NCBI GenBank assembly: GCA_963678065.2 | Contig: CAXXVZ010000004.1 | Coordinates: forward strand, 480,001-544,000 | Origin: Treponemataceae bacterium | GTDB lineage: Bacteria; Spirochaetota; Spirochaetia; Treponematales; Rectinemataceae | Direction: 5' to 3' | DNA length: 64,000 nt | Shown here: one piece after another, positions 1 to 10,210 of the stretch | How the letters are laid out: every line of letters begins with the position of its first letter | How positions within the stretch are numbered: position 1 is the first letter of the stretch | Made by a program: the position numbers and the translations under genes | Notes under the pieces: model-generated | Told to the model about the DNA's origin: nothing | Database searches by the model: none | The model's input: only the letters and a program-made list of their open reading frames with translations

Positions 1-35
1 ATGGGTTCAATCGGAGAAGGAACTGTACCCTAGAA

Positions 36-1031
36 TCAGCGCTTGGAACCGATTTCCTTCGTCCAGCGCTCGAGGAGACGGACCTTGTTGGCCGCGTCCC
101 AGTCGAGATTCTGTTTCACGGTCTTCACCTCTTCCATGCTGAAGGCGACGGGATTCTTGGTCGCGATCTTGGAGAGGGGGACGACATACCACTTGGCTAT
201 GATGCTCTGTGCCTTGGCGCCAAGGACCCAGTCGTAGAGCTTCTTGCCGTTGACGGCGTCGGGGCCGTTCTTGACCATGGACATCGAGGCGATCTCGAAT
301 CCGGTGCCCTCGGTCGGGACCGTGATGGTCACGTCGGCGCCTTCGACTCTGAGTTTGACCTGGTCGTGGGCGTAGCCGACAGCGACGGGAATCTCGCCGA
401 TGGCGACGCTCTTTCCGGGCGCGGCGCCCGACTTGGTGTACTGGTCGATGTTGGCGTCGAGCTTGCGCATGTAGTCGAAAGTCTTCTCCTCGTCGCCGCC
501 GAAGACGTAGCGGATGGTGGTCACCATGTTGTACGCGGTCCCCGAAGTGGTCGGGTTGGGCATGCGGATCTTGCCCTTGTACTCCGGCTTGAGGAGGTCG
601 GCCCAGGATTTCGGGGGAACGATACCCTGCTCCTTGGCGATTTTATTGTTGGTGATGAAGGCGAGCGGGCCCATGTAGAGTCCGATCCAGTAGTTCTCGG
701 GATCGCGGTACTGGAGGGGGGTATTCTCCGCCATCTTGGACTTGTAGGGGGCGGTCAGTCCCTTGAGCTTCGCGCTCATGTGGTTGAGGCCTACGCCGCC
801 GACCCAGATCGAGGCCTGGGGATTGGCTTTCTCGGCTTCGAGCCGGGTTTCGGCTTCCCCGCCGGCGAGGCGCTGCCAGTTGACCTGTATCCCTGTATCC
901 TTGGTGAACGTGTCGAAGAGTTCCTTGGCGAGGGGTTCCTCAAGCGTGGTGTAGGCGCCGACTTTCTGCTGGGCGCCAGCGAAACCGGCGAGAACGACGA
1001 GCGCCGCGAAGAGCGCGAGCATCTTTTTCAT
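36..1031 (-). CDS. ABC transporter substrate-binding protein (Fe3+/AfuA-like family)
   Basis: Signal peptide MKKMLALFAALVVLAGFAGA; motifs SWADLLKPEYKG and PNPTTSGTAY typical of this SBP cluster; GGAGG RBS upstream. Confidence 0.85.
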   Translation of the reverse strand: MKKMLALFAALVVLAGFAGAQQKVGAYTTLEEPLAKELFDTFTKDTGIQVNWQRLAGGEAETRLEAEKANPQASIWVGGVGLNHMSAKLKGLTAPYKSKMAENTPLQYRDPENYWIGLYMGPLAFITNNKIAKEQGIVPPKSWADLLKPEYKGKIRMPNPTTSGTAYNMVTTIRYVFGGDEEKTFDYMRKLDANIDQYTKSGAAPGKSVAIGEIPVAVGYAHDQVKLRVEGADVTITVPTEGTGFEIASMSMVKNGPDAVNGKKLYDWVLGAKAQSIIAKWYVVPLSKIATKNPVAFSMEEVKTVKQNLDWDAANKVRLLERWTKEIGSKR

Positions 1032-1148
1032 ACCTTTTCCTCCATGTGTCTGATACGATCCGGCAATTACTAACCAAATCCTGACATAATTCTAACAATC
1101 CCATTCTACGCGCCTTCCGCGAGTTGGGCAAGGATAATTTTGCAGGAC

Positions 1149-2516
1149 TTATCGCAGGTAACCGAGCCACGCCCGCTGTCGGTCCAGCATGACATCGACG
1201 AGCTCGACCACCTGGCGGCAGTTCCCGACGATCGGGTTGACGAGCAGAGCCTGGACGACAAGCTCGCGCTTTCCTTCCAGGATAGCGTCGGCGGTGAGGT
1301 CGTAGACGCCGCAGTAGTTGCGCAAAAGGGCCGCAAAACCCTTCGGGTAGCCGGGGAAGGCTACGCCTTCGAAACCGGAGCGGCCGACTGTGGCCGGAAC
1401 TTCGACGGCAATATTGGAGGGGAGGGAGGGGATCAGCCCCGCGTTCAGTATATTGACCGCGCCCTCCTCGAAGCCTGAATCCTCAAGGATGCCTTCCATT
1501 ATCGGCACGACGCGTTCCCTGACACCCGCTTCTATCTTCGGCCGGACAGAGGCCAGGCTCATCCGGTAAAAATCGTAGAAATCGAGGATTCCCCTGTGGT
1601 CGGCCACATCGTAGGCCCAGGGGATATACTCGCCGATGTGGCTGTCCGAGGTGATGGGCAGAAGCCTGAAGTGTTCGAGAATTTCCTTAAAAAGCCTGCG
1701 GTCGCTCCATTCACGGGCACTTTCGGTCTTCCCGATGAGAGGCCTGTAGGTGGCTCCCTCAGTCTCCGGGATGAGCCCCGTGCGCTGGCTGTACTCCCAG
1801 ACATCGGAGTAGCCGAGTTCACGTTCAAAAAAAGCCGGAGCCCTTTCGAGGATGTCGGGATAGGCGTCCAGGCCCGCCCTTTCGCCTGCGGCATAGGAGG
1901 CCTCGACGAGCACGCTGAAGTGGTTGAGCCCGGCAGCCCTCAGCTTCAGTTCGGCGAAGGGGGTGTCGAGGATCTGCGGCAGATACCGCTCCAGCGAGGC
2001 TAGCTCGTGACAGAGTCCGACAAAGCGCAGGCCGGGGAAGCGGCGGAGGACTGTCGTCGTGATCGCCGTCATGGGGTTGGAATAACAGAATACGAAGGCT
2101 TCGGGGCAGAGCTTCTCGATATCTGCGCATATTTCGAGAATGGGAGGCGTTATCCGCAATGCGTGAAAAAGCCCGCCGGGGCCACCGTTCTCGCCATAGA
2201 CCTGCCTGATGCCGTACTGCAGGGGAATCTTCCAGTCCTGGTCCCATAGTTCGAAGCGATTTCCGACTTCGATGGAGATGATGACGAAATCCGCCCCCGC
2301 GAGAGCCGCTTTCCGGTCGGTGTGGGCCGATATTCTGCATCGAAGGTTGCCCGCGGCCGCATATTCGAGGGCGGCGCCCTGCACCCGGCCCAGGGATTCG
2401 CCGTTTATGTCGACGAGGGCAATCTCGCTGTCGCTAAGGACAGCGCTGGAAAAGATGTCGCCGAGGGTCCCGAGCCCGAACTGTGCGCTTCCCGCGCCGA
2501 TAAGGACTATCTTCAT
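1149..2516 (-). CDS. Family 4 glycoside hydrolase (NAD+/Mn2+-dependent), probably alpha-glucosidase subtype
   Basis: N-terminal KIVLIGAGS Rossmann motif, GENGGPGG, YSNPM, catalytic CHEL, GLNH. Confidence 0.9.
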   Translation of the reverse strand: MKIVLIGAGSAQFGLGTLGDIFSSAVLSDSEIALVDINGESLGRVQGAALEYAAAGNLRCRISAHTDRKAALAGADFVIISIEVGNRFELWDQDWKIPLQYGIRQVYGENGGPGGLFHALRITPPILEICADIEKLCPEAFVFCYSNPMTAITTTVLRRFPGLRFVGLCHELASLERYLPQILDTPFAELKLRAAGLNHFSVLVEASYAAGERAGLDAYPDILERAPAFFERELGYSDVWEYSQRTGLIPETEGATYRPLIGKTESAREWSDRRLFKEILEHFRLLPITSDSHIGEYIPWAYDVADHRGILDFYDFYRMSLASVRPKIEAGVRERVVPIMEGILEDSGFEEGAVNILNAGLIPSLPSNIAVEVPATVGRSGFEGVAFPGYPKGFAALLRNYCGVYDLTADAILEGKRELVVQALLVNPIVGNCRQVVELVDVMLDRQRAWLGYLR

Positions 2517-2565
2517 GACGCACTCCTTTCGGTTAGATGCGCCATTATACCCAGAAAGGCGGGCT

Positions 2566-2582
2566 ATGAAACCGGTTTACAT
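2566..2582. promoter_or_regulatory. LacI-family-like operator upstream of the GH4 gene
   Basis: Near-palindrome ATGAAACCGGTTTACAT with central CG, about 50 bp upstream of the start codon. Confidence 0.5.
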
Positions 2583-2701
2583 CCAGGATGACGAGCCTTT
2601 TTCGCAAAAAATCACGCATCCTTTTGCGAAATCTACCGTGGGCGTCCTTCCCGGCGGAAGGACAAAGAACATCGCGGAGGGAGTCCTTCCGCGCGATGCC
2701 G

Positions 2702-3562
2702 TTAACCCTTGACCGCGCCCGTGGAGACGCCCTTCGTGATCTGCTTGCGGAAGATCGCGTAGAACAGCAGCATGGGCAGCATGCCGATGGTGAGGGCGGC
2801 GAACTGCTTGCCGTAATCGCTCGAGAGCGAGCCTGAAAACCTGAACATTCCGAGCGGCAAGGATTTCAGCTCGGTCTTCGAGACCAGAATGTTGATGAGG
2901 GCGAACTCGTTCCAGACCTTGCTGATGTTGAGAATGGCGAGGGTTGTCGCCACCGGCACGGTCATCGGCAGGATGATGGCGCGGAAGATCCGGAAATAGC
3001 CCGCCCCGTCGATCCTGGCCGACTCCACGAGGGCCGTGGGGATCGCCTTGATGAATTCGGTGGAAAGATACACCCCGATAGGCAGTCCTGCGCCGATGTA
3101 GACGAGGAGGACGGCGAAGCGCGTGTTGTATATCCCGAGAATGGAGACTTCCATGAAAAGCGGGATCATGAGGGATTCGACCGTCAGGAGAATCCCGATG
3201 ACGAAGCTGCCGTAGATCGGTTTTGTCGCCTTCGACTTGATCTTGGAGAAGGCGAATCCGGCCATGACGGACAATAGGATGATGCCGATCGTCGTCCCGG
3301 CGGTGTAGATGAGGGAATTCGGAAAAAGTTTCGAGAACTCTCCGAGCTTCCAGGCGCCCGCGAAATTATCCAGGGTCGGCACCTTCGGGAATCCGAGCCT
3401 GTTCATCTGGAATTCCCTCGTGGGCTTCAGCGAATTGATCATGAGCCAGAGGATCGGGTAGATAGTCATGACCGAGAAGACTCCCATGACGAGGTAGGCG
3501 AGGGCCTTGGCGAGAATGCCCGCTATCCTGGCCGCGGCCGTAGTTTTCAGTTCTTCCGACAT
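2702..3562 (-). CDS. Carbohydrate ABC transporter permease (MalG-like)
   Basis: Only the C-terminal part of the long ORF is coding, starting at MSEELKTT; EAA-type loop ESARIDGAG, WNEF, C-terminal GAVKG. Confidence 0.9.
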   Translation of the reverse strand: MSEELKTTAAARIAGILAKALAYLVMGVFSVMTIYPILWLMINSLKPTREFQMNRLGFPKVPTLDNFAGAWKLGEFSKLFPNSLIYTAGTTIGIILLSVMAGFAFSKIKSKATKPIYGSFVIGILLTVESLMIPLFMEVSILGIYNTRFAVLLVYIGAGLPIGVYLSTEFIKAIPTALVESARIDGAGYFRIFRAIILPMTVPVATTLAILNISKVWNEFALINILVSKTELKSLPLGMFRFSGSLSSDYGKQFAALTIGMLPMLLFYAIFRKQITKGVSTGAVKG

Positions 3563-3567
3563 GGCGC

Positions 3568-4692
3568 TCACTCTCCCTTTCCGCCGAAACGTTTTTCGAT
3601 CCCCTTGGTCAGCGCGATGAGGCTGAAGCTGATGGCCACGGCTATGAGGGCGATGGCGTTGGCGAGGGGAAAGTCGGGCTTGCCGAGGAAGGCGTTGTTG
3701 TACATGTAGATCGAGAGGACTTCGGTGACCCGCGAAGGTCCTCCGCCCGTCATCGCGAAGATGAGGGCGAAGCTCGAGAGCGAGCCGGCTATCGCGAGTA
3801 TCGACGAATTGACGATGGTGCCCGAAAGGGCGGGCAGGATGATGTAGCGCATGACCTGACCCTCGTGCGCCCCGTCGATCCGGGCCGATTCGATGATCTG
3901 GGTGTCGATCTTCTGCATGTTCGCGAGGAACATGATGAGGTACATGCCCGTGTACATCCACAGGATGACGAAGAGGACGGGAATCATGGCCACGCCCCGC
4001 TTCGTGAGGAATTCGGGGCTCCAGGCGGGCGCGAAGAGATTGGTGAGATCGTTCATGACCTGCCCCAGCTGGTCCGGCTTGTAGCTCAGTATGAGTTCCT
4101 TGAGTTCCGGAACCGGGTTCGTGAACATGCCCGCGCCCTTCGCTCCGCCCAGGTCCAGGATTTTCCGCACAAGGTCGTCGGTGACATTGAAGCCGCCCGC
4201 ACCGTTGAAGACGAGCGTCAGCTTCTGATGGAATCCCGAGCGGAGCACTGCGTTGATCGCCTCCGCGAGGGGGCCGTTCGGCGAAAAGATAGTCTGCCAG
4301 AGAATTCCCACCACGATTACCGAGATGATGTTGGGGACATAGAGGATACCCTGCCAGAAGTCGGGTCCCTTCACGATCTTGCGGAAAATGAGGTAGGCGA
4401 AAATGAATCCGAGAGGCAGCTGGCCGAAGACCGAGATGAGGACGATGTAAACGTTGTTCTTTAGCGCGTTCCAGAAGGCGGAGTCTGCGAGAATGCGGGC
4501 GTAGTGTCCAAGACCGACTATGTGCCAGGGTTTTCCGCCGAACATCCTGCCGCCGTTGTAGTCGCTTACTGACAGGATGATCGACAGAACTATCGGGAAG
4601 GCCATCACCAGGAGGTAAATGCTGAAGGATGGCAATACCATGGCCCAATACGCCCTGCGTTCCTCGCTTCCCTTCCGCTTCGAACCTTCCAT
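3568..4692 (-). CDS. Carbohydrate ABC transporter permease (MalF-like) with loop insertion
   Basis: Hydrophobic segments, ESARIDGA, MTGGGP; start MEGSKRK follows a GGAGG RBS. Confidence 0.9.
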   Translation of the reverse strand: MEGSKRKGSEERRAYWAMVLPSFSIYLLVMAFPIVLSIILSVSDYNGGRMFGGKPWHIVGLGHYARILADSAFWNALKNNVYIVLISVFGQLPLGFIFAYLIFRKIVKGPDFWQGILYVPNIISVIVVGILWQTIFSPNGPLAEAINAVLRSGFHQKLTLVFNGAGGFNVTDDLVRKILDLGGAKGAGMFTNPVPELKELILSYKPDQLGQVMNDLTNLFAPAWSPEFLTKRGVAMIPVLFVILWMYTGMYLIMFLANMQKIDTQIIESARIDGAHEGQVMRYIILPALSGTIVNSSILAIAGSLSSFALIFAMTGGGPSRVTEVLSIYMYNNAFLGKPDFPLANAIALIAVAISFSLIALTKGIEKRFGGKGE

Positions 4693-4794
4693 ACAATTCC
4701 TCCGGCTGACTTTGCTGCACGACATCGGCACCAGCCTGACAGGACAGCGCAGGCAGTTCGGAATGCAGCAGTCCCCATGTCTTTATTCTAAGGA

Positions 4795-4820
4795 GAAGCC
4801 CGGGACAGTGCCCGGGCTTC
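4795..4820. other. Intergenic stem-loop between SBP and permease genes
   Basis: GAAGCCCGGG-ACAGTG-CCCGGGCTTC inverted repeat; a typical position for a hairpin that stabilises SBP mRNA (inference). Confidence 0.55.
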
Positions 4821-4852
4821 CGTGAAAATCACACTCGTTTTACCGGAAAATT

Positions 4853-6157
4853 TTACTTTTTGGCACGCCAGGCATCCACGGCCTTCTGCATGTCGGCGGC
4901 AACTACGGCCGGTGTTGTGGTTCCGAGGCCGATGGACTGGAGACCGTCATTCAGAACATTGTAGATGCTCGGATCGAGAACGCCATCGAGGACGTAGCAG
5001 GTCTTGGGGATGGTATCGTAGTAGCCGACGAGCTTGGTGGTGAGAGGCTCGACCTTGGAACTTTTCACGCCCTTGAGGGTCGGGATGTAGGAGCCGGCCT
5101 CGTAGCGGAGGGTCTGGACTTCCTTGGAATACAGGTACTTGACGAGGCGGACGGCGGCCTTCTCCTTGGCGGAGCCGGCGGGCAGGTTCGCAGAGATGCC
5201 GTAGCCGACGCCCGCGATGGCGGAGACGATGCCGGGGTTCTTCTCGCCGGGGATGGCGGGGAAGTTCATGAGGACAAAGTCGGATTCCTGGGCCTTGGGC
5301 GTGATGAGGGCGACGCCGGAAGCCTTGTCCGTGATGTAGGCGCCGACTCTCCAGTCGCCGTCGACGATGATGGCGGCCTTGCCGGAAGCGAAGCTCGCGG
5401 GACCTTCGCCGTAGCCGACCTGGTTTCCTTCTTTCGCGAGGACGCCGTCCTTGTACATAGTCTCGACGAAGGCGAGCGCATCGACGAAGGCCTTGTCGGT
5501 GAACTTGGCCTTGCCGGCCTTCACGTCATCGATGAACTTGTCGCCGACCAGGCGGCCGGAGACGGTGGAGAAGAGGCAGGACTGCATGGGCCACTTGTCG
5601 AGATCGGGGATGGACATAACCTGGATTCCCTTGAGCTTGAGCTTGGGAACCATCTTCTTGAGGTCGGCGTAGGTCTCGGGGAGGTCGAAACCGTTGTCGG
5701 CGAGGAGCTTCTTGTTCACATACATCGTGGTGGTGTAGGTGATGGACTGGGGAAGCTCGGCCACGTAGTTGCCGGCCTGGGCTGCGGGATCGACGGCGGC
5801 AGGTACAAATCCGGCGAGGTAGTCCTTGCCGAGCAGCTTCGTGAGATCCTTGGCGAGCTTGTTCTCGTGGATCAGGGCGGAGCGGCCCGAGGGCCACATG
5901 TAGAAGACGTCGGGGAGGTTGCCGGAGGCGATGTAGGCCTGCATCTTCTGGTGGAAGGGCTCGTTGAAGAGCTCTTCTTTGACCAAGTTGATGTCGGGAT
6001 TGTCCTTGACGAACTTCGCCCAGATTCCCTGATCGACGTCGTAGCCCGCCTGGGTCGCGTCGATGTAATAGAAAACATTGAGAGTCACTTTGTCCTGCGC
6101 CATGAGGCCGGACGCCACGACCGCGAGCATCATGAGCGCGACGAGCAGTTTCTTCAT
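4853..6157 (-). CDS. Sugar ABC transporter substrate-binding protein
   Basis: Start MKKLLVALMMLAVV (signal peptide) after an AAGGAGG RBS; SGNLPDVFY and FASGKAAIIVDGDW family-1 SBP motifs. Confidence 0.9.
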   Translation of the reverse strand: MKKLLVALMMLAVVASGLMAQDKVTLNVFYYIDATQAGYDVDQGIWAKFVKDNPDINLVKEELFNEPFHQKMQAYIASGNLPDVFYMWPSGRSALIHENKLAKDLTKLLGKDYLAGFVPAAVDPAAQAGNYVAELPQSITYTTTMYVNKKLLADNGFDLPETYADLKKMVPKLKLKGIQVMSIPDLDKWPMQSCLFSTVSGRLVGDKFIDDVKAGKAKFTDKAFVDALAFVETMYKDGVLAKEGNQVGYGEGPASFASGKAAIIVDGDWRVGAYITDKASGVALITPKAQESDFVLMNFPAIPGEKNPGIVSAIAGVGYGISANLPAGSAKEKAAVRLVKYLYSKEVQTLRYEAGSYIPTLKGVKSSKVEPLTTKLVGYYDTIPKTCYVLDGVLDPSIYNVLNDGLQSIGLGTTTPAVVAADMQKAVDAWRAKK

Positions 6158-6254
6158 GAAAACCTCCTTGCTGGCTTTTGACGGCCATGTAAAACCCAAT
6201 TCCGATCGGTGCGGTCGGATCGCCCGAGGCGCCCGCCGCCCGATACATCCACAA

Positions 6255-7412
6255 TCACTCGCTTCCGAGTCCCGGCAAACCCTTCTCTCCGAGAAGCCTC
6301 TCGAAAGCCATGCCGGCCGCCCCGCAGGAGACCGCCGCGTCGCCGAAACTCGAATAACCGATGACAACATCCTTGGGGTAGGGATACATCCAGTTCTCCT
6401 CCAGTCTCTTCCTGAGGAGCTCGGGGAAACGGGGACCGAGGATGTCTATGTCCCCGCCGATGAAGATGTGGTTGAAATCCATCGTGTTGACCAGCATGGC
6501 CATGTTCCGGGCGAGTTCGTCCGTCACCCTGGCGTGGGCCTCGCGGTCGGTGTCGATGCGTCCGAGGACTTCCTTGGGCAGGGAGAACTGGAGCTCGCCC
6601 GGGCCATCGCAGAAGGCGGATCTGAACTCGCCCGCGTTCCCGTGCTGCCCGGAATACACTTTTCCGCCGAAAACCGTGCCGAACCCGACTCCGAGCCCTC
6701 CGTACTGTCCGAGGGACATCCTGTCCTTCCGGTACTCGACGAGTGCGAAGAGGAAATCCCTGAGCTTGTTCGAGCGCTGGAATGAAAGCTCGCCCCAGGC
6801 ACAGCAGTTGGCGTCGTTTTCTATGTAGCAGGAAACATCCAGCCTGGAGGCGACGCACTCGGCGAAATCGATCGGAGTCTTGATGGCGAGCGGCACGGAA
6901 TAGTTTATGATCTTTCTGGCCGGGTCGATGAGGCCGCCGGTCCCGATGCCGATGCCGAGGAGCCTGTCGCAGTCGGTCCCGCGTGCGCCTGAGGGCGAAC
7001 CTTCAGGGACGCAGAAGGCCGCCCGGCACTGTCTGATGATGCCGAGAACCGTTTCGGCAAAATCTTCCGCCCTGATGAGGGCTGCGCCGCGGAGCTCGGC
7101 GAGTATGACGCCGGAGAGGTCGACGAGGACGGCGACCCAGCTCTCGACCTGTATCTCGATTCCGATGAGGACTCCGTAGCGGGAGTTGAGGCTGAGGTGG
7201 ATGGGACGCCGTCCGCCGCGGGACGAGGCGTCGCCCTCGGAGACTTCCCGGATGAGACCCATGGCGAGGAGGGCCGAGACTTGATTCGTGATCGTGGATT
7301 TATCGAGTCCGAGTTCCTGGGCGAGGGCAATTCTCGAGATATCCGGGTTCTGCCGGACAGTCTTGATTATGCGTTCCGTAGTCGCCCTGCCGCTCTCTTT
7401 CGCTCGTGCCAC
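6255..7412 (-). CDS. ROK-family transcriptional regulator
   Basis: N-terminal HTH (ISRIALAQELGLDKSTIT), GGRRP, IENDAN, GNAGEF. Confidence 0.9.
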   Translation of the reverse strand: MARAKESGRATTERIIKTVRQNPDISRIALAQELGLDKSTITNQVSALLAMGLIREVSEGDASSRGGRRPIHLSLNSRYGVLIGIEIQVESWVAVLVDLSGVILAELRGAALIRAEDFAETVLGIIRQCRAAFCVPEGSPSGARGTDCDRLLGIGIGTGGLIDPARKIINYSVPLAIKTPIDFAECVASRLDVSCYIENDANCCAWGELSFQRSNKLRDFLFALVEYRKDRMSLGQYGGLGVGFGTVFGGKVYSGQHGNAGEFRSAFCDGPGELQFSLPKEVLGRIDTDREAHARVTDELARNMAMLVNTMDFNHIFIGGDIDILGPRFPELLRKRLEENWMYPYPKDVVIGYSSFGDAAVSCGAAGMAFERLLGEKGLPGLGSE

Positions 7413-7438
7413 GCTCGCCTTTCCTTGTCGTCGTTTTG

Positions 7439-7459
7439 TTGGTTGATTTTATCAACCAA
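7439..7459. promoter_or_regulatory. Palindromic operator, probably for the ROK regulator
   Basis: Perfect 9-3-9 inverted repeat TTGGTTGAT-TTT-ATCAACCAA in the divergent ROK/GH2 intergenic region. Confidence 0.65.
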
Positions 7460-7543
7460 TCGTGGTATACCATGAGTTGTACAAACCGTCAACAATGATT
7501 CGCAATAATTTTTTACGAACCGGTTCTGCCGGCGGGAGGAATA

Positions 7544-10210
7544 ATGGTGAGAATTGATCTCTCGGGGATCTGGTCCCTCACCCGCGTATCCGATGCATCG
7601 GTCCGCCCTATTGTCCTGCCCGGCGACATAATCTCGGCCCTTCTCGCCTCGGGTGAGATTCCCGATCCCTACTCGGGCACGAATGAGCTCGAGTTGCAGT
7701 GGGTCGGGCGCGAGGACTGGCTTCTCGCCCGCGATTTCGAGCTCGACAGGGCGATGGCGGCGATGCCTGAGCTGTTTTTCGAGGCGGAAGTCATCGATAC
7801 GGTCGCAACCGTTTCCGTGAACGGCCGGCAGATCGCGGCCTCGCGAAACATGTTCCGCAGACTCCGCGTCGATCTGTGTGGCGCCGTCGTCCCGGGGAGG
7901 AACAGGATCGAAGTCCGCATAGGCTCGCCCGAAAAGGCCGCGGTCTCAAAGGCGGCCGCCCTGCCCTACCCCGTCCCCTATTCGACCTATCCCGTGAGCT
8001 CCCCGCACCGCAACCTCCTCAGAAAGGAGCAGTGCATGTCGGGCTGGGACTGGGGTCCCTGCCTCATGACGGGCGGCATCTACGATTCGGTCGCCATCGT
8101 CTCCCACACAGGTCCCCGGATCGAGTACGCCCGCCCGCGCTTTTCCCGTTCGGGAACCAGCTGGACAGTGCGCGTCGAGCTGGATCTGTACGCGACACAT
8201 GCCTGTTCGGTCGGGATTTCGGCACTGCTCGCGGATCGGGCGACTGCGACCTTGCGAGAGACTGTGCCCCCTGCGGCCGGTCTCGCCGCCCAAAGAGAGA
8301 GTGCGATCGGGGCGACCGCGACCGAAAACACCGATGTACCGGCCGACACAATCGTGGCGACCGCGACCGAAGTCTTCGAACTGCCTGCCGGTCTCTCGAC
8401 GCGGCACGTCGCGCTCGCGGTCGAGGCACCCCGCCTGTGGTGGCCCGCCGGATACGGAAATCAGGCCCTGTACGGGCTCAGGCTCACTGTGCAGGAGACG
8501 GGCGCGGGCGCCGGGACAGGCTACGCCCTCGACATCGATATCGGCTTCAGGGAACTCGAGATGGTGGCGGAAGAGGACTCGATCGGGCGCTCCATGTATT
8601 TCCGGGTCAACGGCAGGGATATCTTCGCGAAGGGGGCCAACTGGATACCGGCCGATGCCCTGCCTTCGCGCAGGACGAGGGCGCGGCTCGAATCCCTTCT
8701 GGATTCGGCCGTCGCGGCCAACATGAACTGCCTGCGCGTCTGGGGCGGCGGCCGCTACGAGTCCGGGGAATTCTACCGGCTCTGCGACGAGAAGGGCATT
8801 CTCCTCTGGCAGGACTGCATGTTCTCCTGCGCCCTGTACCCAAGCGATGCGGACTTCCTCTCGGAAGTCGACGCGGAGATCCGCCACCAGGTGAGAAGAC
8901 TCCAGCACCATCCCTCGCTCGCACTCTGGTGCGGCAACAACGAAGCCCTGGGCGCCATCGGCTGGTACGAGGAATCGCGCAAGAACCCGGAGCGGTACTA
9001 CATCGACTACGACAGGCTCAACGAGGGTGTGCTCGGCAAAGCCGTCCGCGAACTCGATCCGGACCGGACCTGGTGGCCCTCCTCTCCCTCGGCCGGCCCC
9101 GAGGACTTCAGCGACAACTGGCACGTGGACGGCCGCGGCGACATGCACTACTGGTCGGTCTGGCACGAGGGCAAGCCCTTCTCCGCCTACCTCGACGTGA
9201 AACCACGATTCTGCTCGGAGTTCGGCTTCCAGTCCTTCCCCTCGGCGAGGACGGTCGCCGGCTTTGCGCCCGCCGATCAGCGAAACGTGACGAGCCCCGT
9301 CATGGAGCATCACCAGCGCCATCCGAAGGGCAATTCCCTCATCCTCGACACCATGACGCGCTACTTCAGGATGCCATCGGGCTTCGCGGCGACCCTCTAC
9401 CTCTCCCAGGTTCAGCAGGCCATGGCGATCCGGACCGCCGTGGAATGGTGGCGCTCGCTCCGGCCCGAGTGCATGGGGACACTGTACTGGCAGCTGGGCG
9501 ACGTCTGGCCGGCCGCGAGCTGGTCCAGCCTCGAATACGACGGAAGCTGGAAGCTCCTCCACTATGAAGCCAGACGCTTCTACGCTCCCCTCCACCTTGC
9601 CCTCATCGAGAAGGGCGGTGAAATCCGCGCCGTGGGCATGAACGACACAAAGATTCCGCGGGCGGGCAGGCTCCAGGTGAGGATACTCGGGTTCGACGAC
9701 AGCACGGTCGCTCAGTGGCAGGAGGAGACAGAGATTCCCGCCGATGCCTCGACATGCCTGTGGAGGGCGCGGAAGGAGGCGCTTCCGGGCGATCCAACCC
9801 GCAGCTTCGTCCACGCCGAATGGATACCGGCAGAGTATGACGAGAGGAACACACTCGGGCCGGATTGCCCGGCTTCCGGAGGCGGCAAGGATGGGCAGGA
9901 AAATCCGGAAAGCCTCTCAGCCTGGATGTTCCGGACCGAGCCGAAGCGCTGCAATCTGCCCGACCCGGCCATCTTCCGGGAAGTCAGCCGGCTCTCCGAC
10001 AACTCCTTCAGTATCCGGCTCTCCGCCGAATCCTGCGCCTTCCACGTACAACCTGTTGCCGCGACGATGGGCGGGCATTTTTCGGATGCGGGTTTTGTCC
10101 TCCTGCCCGGAAAGCCCATCCTGATCGGTTTCGAGGCGAACGGGGTTCACACGGCGCAGGAAGTGGAGGAATCCCTGGAACTGTGGCATCTCGCGGCAAG
10201 TTACCGCTGA
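7544..10210 (+). CDS. Beta-mannosidase, GH2
   Basis: GWDWGP, IFAKGANWIP, RVWGGG, WCGNNE (acid/base), RFCSEFG (nucleophile), LYWQL. Confidence 0.92.
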   Translation: MVRIDLSGIWSLTRVSDASVRPIVLPGDIISALLASGEIPDPYSGTNELELQWVGREDWLLARDFELDRAMAAMPELFFEAEVIDTVATVSVNGRQIAASRNMFRRLRVDLCGAVVPGRNRIEVRIGSPEKAAVSKAAALPYPVPYSTYPVSSPHRNLLRKEQCMSGWDWGPCLMTGGIYDSVAIVSHTGPRIEYARPRFSRSGTSWTVRVELDLYATHACSVGISALLADRATATLRETVPPAAGLAAQRESAIGATATENTDVPADTIVATATEVFELPAGLSTRHVALAVEAPRLWWPAGYGNQALYGLRLTVQETGAGAGTGYALDIDIGFRELEMVAEEDSIGRSMYFRVNGRDIFAKGANWIPADALPSRRTRARLESLLDSAVAANMNCLRVWGGGRYESGEFYRLCDEKGILLWQDCMFSCALYPSDADFLSEVDAEIRHQVRRLQHHPSLALWCGNNEALGAIGWYEESRKNPERYYIDYDRLNEGVLGKAVRELDPDRTWWPSSPSAGPEDFSDNWHVDGRGDMHYWSVWHEGKPFSAYLDVKPRFCSEFGFQSFPSARTVAGFAPADQRNVTSPVMEHHQRHPKGNSLILDTMTRYFRMPSGFAATLYLSQVQQAMAIRTAVEWWRSLRPECMGTLYWQLGDVWPAASWSSLEYDGSWKLLHYEARRFYAPLHLALIEKGGEIRAVGMNDTKIPRAGRLQVRILGFDDSTVAQWQEETEIPADASTCLWRARKEALPGDPTRSFVHAEWIPAEYDERNTLGPDCPASGGGKDGQENPESLSAWMFRTEPKRCNLPDPAIFREVSRLSDNSFSIRLSAESCAFHVQPVAATMGGHFSDAGFVLLPGKPILIGFEANGVHTAQEVEESLELWHLAASYR

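Noticed and set aside
3563..4720. Apparent 672-aa permease with a long N-terminal extension
   Set aside because: The extension is an Arg/Pro-rich alternative frame overlapping the upstream permease; the real gene starts near 3562. The same artefact affects 49171-50982 and 60219-61982
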